Assembly: GCA_038224055.1 (NCBI GenBank)
Contig: JBBRGO010000001.1
Coordinates: 1-43,085 of the forward strand
Length of the DNA: 43,085 bases
Source of the DNA: Actinomycetales bacterium
GTDB lineage: Bacteria; Actinomycetota; Actinomycetes; Actinomycetales; Dermatophilaceae
Direction of reading: 5' to 3'
Below, one piece after another: positions 37,100-43,085 of this stretch. Both the position numbers and the translations under genes were made by a program. The notes under the pieces were generated by a model. That model worked only from the letters and a program-made list of their open reading frames with translations, searched no databases and was not told the origin of the DNA. Positions within the stretch are counted from its first letter, which is position 1. Every line of letters begins with the position of its first letter.

Positions 37100-37501
37100 T
37101 CAGCTCAAACCGGCGATGTGCTCGATCAGACCGGTCGTCGACACCGACGGGGTGCGCGGGAGGTAGACCACCTCGCACACGTCGCCCACCCAGTCGAACT
37201 TCCCGGTCCAGTCGTCGCCCATGACGAGGACGTCGGCGCCGTGTTCGAGGATGTAGTCCCGCTTCAGCTCCAGGGACTCCTCGACGAACACGTCGTCGAC
37301 GACCTTGAGGCTGGAGATGATCTCGAGCCGCTCGTCCTGGTTGAAGACCGGGGCCCGGCCCTTCTTGGCGATGTTGAGCGCGTCGGCCGACACCCCCACC
37401 ACGAGGCGGTCACCGAGCTCGGCAGCACGCTGGAGGACCCGGACGTGGCCGACGTGGAAGACGTCGAAGGTCCCGAAGGTGATGACGGTTCGGCTGCTCA
37501 C
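37100..37501 (-). CDS. tagD: Glycerol-3-phosphate cytidylyltransferase
   Basis: 133 aa from the GTG at 37501 (GAGGAG Shine-Dalgarno). TFGTFDVFHVGHVRVLQRA (HxGH), VGVSADALN, RTPSVSTTGLI (RTxGISTT-like). Confidence 0.88.
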   Translation of the reverse strand: MSSRTVITFGTFDVFHVGHVRVLQRAAELGDRLVVGVSADALNIAKKGRAPVFNQDERLEIISSLKVVDDVFVEESLELKRDYILEHGADVLVMGDDWTGKFDWVGDVCEVVYLPRTPSVSTTGLIEHIAGLS

Positions 37502-37566
37502 GCTGCTCCTCGTGGGGGTCGAGCTCGGCGACGACGGACGAGTGCGAGGGTATCGGTCGTGGTGGT

Positions 37567-38565
37567 TCAGCGAGCCATCCGCCCCAGGGCGGCCCGCGTG
37601 GCCTCGGCGAGCGTCGTCGTGGCCAGGCCGGCGCCGTCGCTCACCGGCCCCCCGTGCAGCACCGCCGCGGCGAGCCCCTCCACGGTCAGTGGCGCGAGGA
37701 CGACGCCGGCAGGTCGCGGCGAGACGTCGGAGGCGACGACGCGGGAACCGCACGCCTGCGCCTCCCGGACGATGACGGAGTCCCCGTCCCAGCTCGTGGG
37801 GCGCAGGAAGGTCCCCACCGACCCGAGAGTGCGCGTCACGTCGGCCGGGGGGATGTCGAAGCGCACCGTGAGCCACGGCTCGGCCTCGGCCCGTTGCCTC
37901 AGGTCGTCCACCCCGGGCCGTTCGTTGCCGTAGGCGAGGATCTCCAGGGTGGCATCCGCCCAGCTCGCTCGGACGGAGCGGACGACCTCGATGCCGAGCA
38001 GGGCGTTGTAGTGCTCCAGTCCCGCGTTGGTCGCCAGGGCGAGGGCGTGGGGCCGGCGCCCGACCCCCCCGACGTCCGAGCCGACGAGGGGGGCGGCGGC
38101 CGGGTCGAAGGGGGTGACGACGGTGACGCGGTCACGCAGTCGCCGCGGGAGGACGGAGCGGATCTCGTCGTTGACGGCCCAGATCTCGTCGAAGACGCTC
38201 AGGGCGGCCACGAGCCCTCGACGGCGAAGCGGAGTGAGTTGCTCCACCTGCTGCCGGGTCGAGCCGGAGTGCAGCACGAGCACCCGACGACCGTGCACGA
38301 GGCGGAAGGCCGGCGCCATCACCGTGGCCCGCCACAGCCGCGTGAGGTGCAGCACGTGCAGCGCCCGCCGGGGAAGGACCTTCGGGACGGTGGCAGCCGC
38401 GCGACGGGCCGACCCGGTGTCCACGTAGGTCACCGCGACCCCGTCGGCCCGGAGGGCAGCGGTCTGCTGTGCATGGCTGGTGAGCACCCCACCGACCTCG
38501 CCGTGCTCCTGCGCCCACTGGAACACCGGCACCGATGTCATCGCGTCACCCACCGACTGCGCCAC
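37567..38565 (-). CDS. GT-B fold (GT4-like) glycosyltransferase, divergent
   Basis: 332 aa (alternative ATG at 38541). The C-terminal FLRPTSWDGDSVIVREAQACGSRVVASD resembles the GT4 EX7E nucleotide-sugar region. No TagF-type motif was recognised. Confidence 0.5.
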   Translation of the reverse strand: MAQSVGDAMTSVPVFQWAQEHGEVGGVLTSHAQQTAALRADGVAVTYVDTGSARRAAATVPKVLPRRALHVLHLTRLWRATVMAPAFRLVHGRRVLVLHSGSTRQQVEQLTPLRRRGLVAALSVFDEIWAVNDEIRSVLPRRLRDRVTVVTPFDPAAAPLVGSDVGGVGRRPHALALATNAGLEHYNALLGIEVVRSVRASWADATLEILAYGNERPGVDDLRQRAEAEPWLTVRFDIPPADVTRTLGSVGTFLRPTSWDGDSVIVREAQACGSRVVASDVSPRPAGVVLAPLTVEGLAAAVLHGGPVSDGAGLATTTLAEATRAALGRMAR

Positions 38566-38573
38566 CCCACCGG

Positions 38574-39380
38574 TCAGTCCAACCGGGAGCTCGACAGGAC
38601 TCCCAGCAGGTGCCCACCGGCGGTGATGAGAGCGAGGGGCACGAGCACCACGACCAGGACCTGGGTCCCGAGCAGATCACCGCGGACGCTGTCCACGACC
38701 GCGGCGACGAACGCGAGGATCGAGGCCTCGACGGCGACGAAGGCCCGGAAGACGGGGAGGTAGCCGAAGGCACGCCGCGCGGCCGCGAGCCCGCTCGCCT
38801 TCGGTCGAGCCGTGTCCGCGACGTCGTCGAGCATCGGGCGGCCGGTCTTGGCCCGGGCCACGTGCACGAGGTCGGTGAAGGCCTTGTTGAGCACCACGAC
38901 GACCGCCACGCCCAGGCCGAGGACGGTCCACCCCCCGACCCGGGCCGGGTCGTCCCAGCCCCAGCCGTCGGCGCGGAGCCCGATCCCGATGGGGATCGCC
39001 GTCTCGGTGAGGTAGTGCCCGATCCGGTCGAGATAGATGCCGGCCGGCGAGAAGCGCTGACGCCACCGGGCCACCTCACCGTCGGAGCAGTCGAGCAGGA
39101 TCTGCAGCTGCATCGCGAGGACGGCGACGACCGGGCCGGCGAGACCGCCGAAGGGGATCGCGAGGCCGCCGAGCACCCCGACCACGATCATCAGCCAGGT
39201 CACCCCGTTGGGACTGATGTGCGTCGGGAGCAGCGCCCGGGTGGCGTAGATAGAAAAATGGCGGATGTAGAGGGCCCCCGCCCAGTGCTCGGCGTTGTAG
39301 CGAGCGATGTGCTCCGGCGGCTGGGCGACGGCCTTGAGCTCGGCGATGCTCGGGTGGTCGTCGGAGGGGTCGTGGTTCAC
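38574..39380 (-). CDS. CDP-alcohol phosphatidyltransferase family membrane protein (variant motif)
   Basis: 268 aa. The GTG overlaps the upstream stop (GTGA). Motif DCSDGEVARWRQRFSPAGIYLDRIGH corresponds to DxxDGxxAR...GxxxDxxxD with the last Asp replaced by His. Polytopic. Confidence 0.75.
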   Translation of the reverse strand: MNHDPSDDHPSIAELKAVAQPPEHIARYNAEHWAGALYIRHFSIYATRALLPTHISPNGVTWLMIVVGVLGGLAIPFGGLAGPVVAVLAMQLQILLDCSDGEVARWRQRFSPAGIYLDRIGHYLTETAIPIGIGLRADGWGWDDPARVGGWTVLGLGVAVVVVLNKAFTDLVHVARAKTGRPMLDDVADTARPKASGLAAARRAFGYLPVFRAFVAVEASILAFVAAVVDSVRGDLLGTQVLVVVLVPLALITAGGHLLGVLSSSRLD

Positions 39381-41269
39381 GAGGCCCCATCCTGCCCGTC
39401 GGGCACCGGCGCCGGGCCCCGACTCGCGCGGAGGTGGGCGGCCCACCCGCTCCGGGACTCGGCGGCATACAGGGTCAGGAGCACGAGCGCGCCGACGATG
39501 AGCACGAGCGTCGGGTCGGCGACAAGGAGTGCCGTGAGGACGAGGACCACGAGGCGGACCTCGAGCCCGACGACGCGCCGGAGCCACACCGCGGGCCCCC
39601 TGCCGGTCTCCCGGACCCGGTAGACCGTGTCGTAGACGTGCCAGCTCACCGCGACGAGCCAGCCGTACGCGGCTGCCCCCGCCGACGGGCCAGCACCCGC
39701 GCTCACCCACAGCAGGACGGCCGCCTCGAGGCCGAGCAGCGCGGCCGGCAGCTGCCAGGCGAAGCGCGATCGCCCCGTCGGTCGGGGCAGGACGGTGAGG
39801 TCGACCAGCCGAGCGAGATCGGGGTCCGGGCGGCCTCGGAAGCCGTCGCGACCCCGAAGGGCCCGTGCGAGACGACCCGCCTGGGTCCAGGTCAGCGCGA
39901 ACAGGGACAGGCAGCCGAGGCTCCAGAGGAAGAACGCCGGGCTGAAGGCCAGCAGGGCCACCGTCATGACGAGGTAGCGCTCGGCGATGGGCAGGTGGAT
40001 CACCTGCTTGACGATGTGGACCGCGCGGGCTCGCGTCGTGGGGGGCGGGAGGAGGCTCGTCCTCGCTGTCGCCGGGCCGAGGTCCCGCGGCTGGTCGAAC
40101 GGGACACGGTCCGCGACGGGCGAGCCGACCTGCGCGCTGGACCGGGAGACCTGGGCGAAGTCCTCGACGTGACGGACCGCCAGCACCGTGAGCACGGCCA
40201 CGGCGAGCCACCAGAGGTCCGCTCCCTCGCGCGCGGCCACCCAGGCCACGGCACCGACCATGGCGAACTCCTTGACCCGGTCGCTCACGGCATCGAGCCA
40301 GCCGCCGAGAGCGCTGGAACGGCGGGTGAAGCGGGCGATCTCTCCGTCGACGCAGTCGACGACGAGCGAGGCCATGAGCAGCACCGCCGCGAGCGACCAG
40401 GCCCACCGCGCCCCCGTGGCGGTCAGCGCACAGGCGGCGAGGCCGAGGAGCAGGCTGACGAGCGTCACGCCGTTGGGGCTCCAGCCCCGCCCCAGGCCCA
40501 CGGCGGTCAGGCGCCGGGAGACGGGTCGGACCACGGCGGTCGAGAAGGCGCCGTCGTTGCCGCGCGAGGCCGCCCGGAGCCGCTGCTGCCAGGCTGAGCC
40601 CGGGAGGCCCCGGCGCTCGAGTCCGCCGCGGCGGACGGCATACGGTCCGTAGGGCGTGGCGCTGACGGGAACCCCCGCGCGGACGAGCGCGACGAGCGCG
40701 AGGTCGACCGGCTCCGCCACCGCGGCCCGGTCCGCCGTGTCAGCGGCCGCACGGGTGAGGACACGGGCGGCCAGTCCCCGGTCCCCACCACGGATCCGCA
40801 GGACCCCGACGGCATACCCCGTCGGGTCGGTCACGACGTGGTGGGCCGACCCGGCGGACGTGACGAGCCTCGTGCCGCGCGCGACCCGCACGAGGGCGGG
40901 GCCCACCGGGGCAGGCTCCGACGACGCATCGACCACGGCCACCGTCGTGCGGTCCGCCGCCGCGTCGAGCACGTCGAGCAGGGCCACCGGGCTGAGCTCC
41001 AGGTCACCGGCGACGAGCACCAGGGGGACGTCCCCGCGCAGGGCGGCGACCGTTGCCGCATGTCGCAGCGGCTCGAGCGCTCCCGGACCGGACCGGTCCG
41101 ACGGGGCGGACCGGTCGGTCAGCCCGAACGGCCGCAGGACCTCCGCGATGCCCCGACCGGCCTCCCCGACCCGTGCCGCTGGGAGGACGACGAGGTCGCC
41201 GCCCGCAGATCGGCCGAGCACCGCTCGGGCGCAGTCGTGTCCGACGAGCGGTTGCTCGTCGGCGATCAC
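39377..41269 (-). CDS. Three-part membrane protein: N-terminal nucleotidyltransferase-like domain, CDP-alcohol phosphatidyltransferase domain, and an extra C-terminal polytopic domain (DUF5941-like)
   Basis: 630 aa. The GTG overlaps the tagH stop (GTGA). N-terminal region PLVLVAGDLELSPVALLDVL. Complete motif DCVDGEIARFTRRSSALGGWLDAVSD. The C-terminal 200 aa or so are hydrophobic. Confidence 0.7.
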   Translation of the reverse strand: MIADEQPLVGHDCARAVLGRSAGGDLVVLPAARVGEAGRGIAEVLRPFGLTDRSAPSDRSGPGALEPLRHAATVAALRGDVPLVLVAGDLELSPVALLDVLDAAADRTTVAVVDASSEPAPVGPALVRVARGTRLVTSAGSAHHVVTDPTGYAVGVLRIRGGDRGLAARVLTRAAADTADRAAVAEPVDLALVALVRAGVPVSATPYGPYAVRRGGLERRGLPGSAWQQRLRAASRGNDGAFSTAVVRPVSRRLTAVGLGRGWSPNGVTLVSLLLGLAACALTATGARWAWSLAAVLLMASLVVDCVDGEIARFTRRSSALGGWLDAVSDRVKEFAMVGAVAWVAAREGADLWWLAVAVLTVLAVRHVEDFAQVSRSSAQVGSPVADRVPFDQPRDLGPATARTSLLPPPTTRARAVHIVKQVIHLPIAERYLVMTVALLAFSPAFFLWSLGCLSLFALTWTQAGRLARALRGRDGFRGRPDPDLARLVDLTVLPRPTGRSRFAWQLPAALLGLEAAVLLWVSAGAGPSAGAAAYGWLVAVSWHVYDTVYRVRETGRGPAVWLRRVVGLEVRLVVLVLTALLVADPTLVLIVGALVLLTLYAAESRSGWAAHLRASRGPAPVPDGQDGAS

Positions 41270-42021
41270 GACGTCCGGCCCGCGTCCGCGTCGGCGTGGT
41301 AGTGCGCGAGCACCTCGTCGATCGGGCCGTCGTTCACGAGCTCACCGGTGCTGAGGTAGAGACCGCGGTCGGCGAAACGCTTGAGGTCGTGCTCGCTGTG
41401 CGACACGAGGAAGAGGGTCTTGCCCCCCTCGAGCATGCTCTCCATCCGCAGGTAGCACTTCTCGCGGAACGCCCGGTCGCCGACCGCCAGCACCTCGTCG
41501 ACGAGCACGACCGGCTGGTCCAGGGTCGTGATCACGGCGAACGCCGCACGCACCTTCATCCCCGAGGAGAAGTGCCGGAAGGGCATGTCCATCCCCTCGC
41601 GGACCCGCGGACCGGCGAAGTCGATGATCTCGTCGTACCGCTCGTCGATCTGCCGCTTGGTCAAGCCGTGCAGGCCACCGGCGAGGTAGATGTTCTCCCG
41701 GGCGGTGAGCTCACCGAGGAAGCCGCCGGTCAGCTCGATGAGGGGCGCGACGCCGCCACGGACCTTCGCGTAGCCCTCGTCGGGGAGCAGGACGCCGGCG
41801 ATCATCTTGAGCAGGGTGCTCTTGCCGCACCCGTTCGCGCCGACGAGCCCGACGGCCTCACCGCGCTTCACGTCGAAGGAGATGTTGCGCAACGCCCAGA
41901 AGGTGTCTGTCGTCGCTCCGCTCTTGCCCTTGAGCACCAGCTCCCGGACCGAGAGCCGGCGACGCCGCGAACGGTAGAACTCGATTCCGAGGTTGCGGAC
42001 CTCGATCACGGGCTTGGCCAT
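41266..42021 (-). CDS. tagH: Glycopolymer (teichoic-acid/O-antigen type) export ABC transporter ATP-binding protein
   Basis: 251 aa from the ATG at 42021. Walker A GANGCGKST, signature FSSGMKVR, Walker B VVLVDEVLAVGD. Typical TagH/Wzt/KpsT layout. Confidence 0.88.
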   Translation of the reverse strand: MAKPVIEVRNLGIEFYRSRRRRLSVRELVLKGKSGATTDTFWALRNISFDVKRGEAVGLVGANGCGKSTLLKMIAGVLLPDEGYAKVRGGVAPLIELTGGFLGELTARENIYLAGGLHGLTKRQIDERYDEIIDFAGPRVREGMDMPFRHFSSGMKVRAAFAVITTLDQPVVLVDEVLAVGDRAFREKCYLRMESMLEGGKTLFLVSHSEHDLKRFADRGLYLSTGELVNDGPIDEVLAHYHADADAGRTS

Positions 42022-42022
42022 C

Positions 42023-42823
42023 TCAGATCTCCTTGAGGACCGCGGGCTCCAGCTTGCGGAAGACGCGCGAGCCGATGAACAGGAAGACAAAGGTGAGGAT
42101 GACGGCGGAGATCACGGACATCTCGTTCATGTCACCGCGGAAGAACCCGGAGCGGAACAGCTCGAGGATGCCGCTCATCGGGTTGAAGGCGAGGACCGTC
42201 TGGAGCCGCGGGGGCGCGACGTCCGCGCTGTAGAGCACCGGCGTGGCGTAGAAGCCGAGCCGCATCGCGATCCTCACGACCCTCGTCATGTCGTTCACCA
42301 GCACGGTGATGGGGGCGAGGATCATGCCGAGCCCGATCGAGAGCAGGAAGACGAGGATCAGCGCGACGGGCATGAGGATGATCGTCCAGCCCAGGTGCGT
42401 CTGCCCCGTGACGACGTAGTAGAGCGTGAAGGCCGCCACGACGGGCAGGGTGAGCAGGAACTCGATTCCCTTCGCGAGGACGACCCGCACCACCCAGAGC
42501 TCGCGCGGCAGGTTGGTCGACTGGACGAGGCGCGACTCCTGCAGGAGTGCGCGGGATGTCTCCGACATGTTCTGGGCGAACCACTGCCAGAGGAAGAGTC
42601 CCGTCACGAGGTGGAGCAGGTAGGGCTGGTTGCCCGTCTGACGTGCCTGGAGGATGACGGTGAAGACGAGCAGGTAGATGAGCGACATCAGGAGGGGGTC
42701 GAGCACGGTCCACACCCAGCCGAGGGCGCTGCCTGCGTACCGGACGCGCAGGTCCCGCTCGACGAGCGTGCGCAGCACCCGACGGTGAGCCACCACCCCA
42801 CGGATCTGAGCAACACCGAACAT
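42023..42823 (-). CDS. tagG: ABC-2 type glycopolymer export permease
   Basis: Start MFGVAQIRGVVAHRRVLRTLVERDLRVRYAGSALGWVWTVLDPLL (ATG 42823; alternative GTG 42847). Six TM segments. The stop lies 1 nt before the tagH start. Confidence 0.85.
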   Translation of the reverse strand: MFGVAQIRGVVAHRRVLRTLVERDLRVRYAGSALGWVWTVLDPLLMSLIYLLVFTVILQARQTGNQPYLLHLVTGLFLWQWFAQNMSETSRALLQESRLVQSTNLPRELWVVRVVLAKGIEFLLTLPVVAAFTLYYVVTGQTHLGWTIILMPVALILVFLLSIGLGMILAPITVLVNDMTRVVRIAMRLGFYATPVLYSADVAPPRLQTVLAFNPMSGILELFRSGFFRGDMNEMSVISAVILTFVFLFIGSRVFRKLEPAVLKEI

Positions 42824-42935
42824 GGGGTCGACCACCTTCTCCTTCACTCGTGCACTCGACGACCTCGCTCGGATCGTCAGACCTCCGGGCAGTCTAGGGG
42901 GGAGGCCGCGGCGTCGGTTCGCCCCCGGCTCGCCG

Positions 42936-43085
42936 TCACGAGTCGGCCGCGATCTCGCCGTCGTCCACACCGCCCTCGTCCGCGGCGTCGGCATCCGCGC
43001 CGTCCGAGTGCGCCCCCCGCGAGCCGGAGCCGCCGGACCCGGCCGGAGCCGTGCTGAGCCGGGCGGCGACGAGCTCCCCCGCAGC
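42936..43085 (-). CDS. 3' end (last 49 codons) of an unidentified gene entering from the right edge
   Basis: The in-frame minus-strand reading from the window edge, AAGELVAARLSTAPAGSGGSGSRGAHSDGADADAADEGGVDDGEIAADS, ends at the stop 42938-42936 with strong G/C third-position bias. It is a low-complexity acidic tail and no family is assignable. Confidence 0.4.
   Translation of the reverse strand, partial: AAGELVAARLSTAPAGSGGSGSRGAHSDGADADAADEGGVDDGEIAADS

Overview
43.1-kb chromosomal window from a high-GC actinobacterium (over 70 percent GC by eye, G/C at nearly every third codon position). I found no transposase, integrase, CRISPR array, tRNA or rRNA.

Left two thirds: mostly housekeeping genes.
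- A secreted M43 metalloprotease, DUF3039, murI, an AlgH-family protein, and a DEAD-box helicase with a repeat-rich N-terminus.
- VanZ, SIMPL, a thioredoxin with a His-rich tail, and YccF.
- tmRNA (ssrA, tag ANSKRTDFALAA), pyruvate carboxylase and DUF2207.
- The conserved prfB-ftsE-ftsX-smpB block with a coiled-coil M23 peptidase inserted after ftsX.
- Small metabolic and repair genes: Rieske protein, esterase, double-hotdog thioesterase, AlkA-like glycosylase, DUF3105, F420-type reductase, GNAT.

Right third (about 24.9 to 43 kb): dominated by cell-envelope functions.
- A divergent glycosyltransferase/LCP cluster: UPF0104 flippase-like protein, a GT4 fused to a methyltransferase-like domain, GT2, DUF2304, LCP and TIGR03089.
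- An M15-type peptidase with five PG-binding repeats, scoAB, and an amidase with FG-GAP repeats.
- A translationally coupled six-gene operon: tagG, tagH, two CDP-alcohol phosphatidyltransferase paralogs, a GT-B glycosyltransferase and tagD.

Best candidates for something undescribed:
1. The tagD/tagGH operon. It has no recognisable TagB/TagF-type polymerase and instead carries CDP-alcohol phosphatidyltransferases, one of them a three-part fusion.
2. A window-wide, context-specific excess of the heptamer GGCATAC/GTATGCC. It is written with rare codons, and its one-transition neighbour GTACGCC is nearly absent.

All functional calls rest on motif recognition in the translated ORFs. No database search was run.
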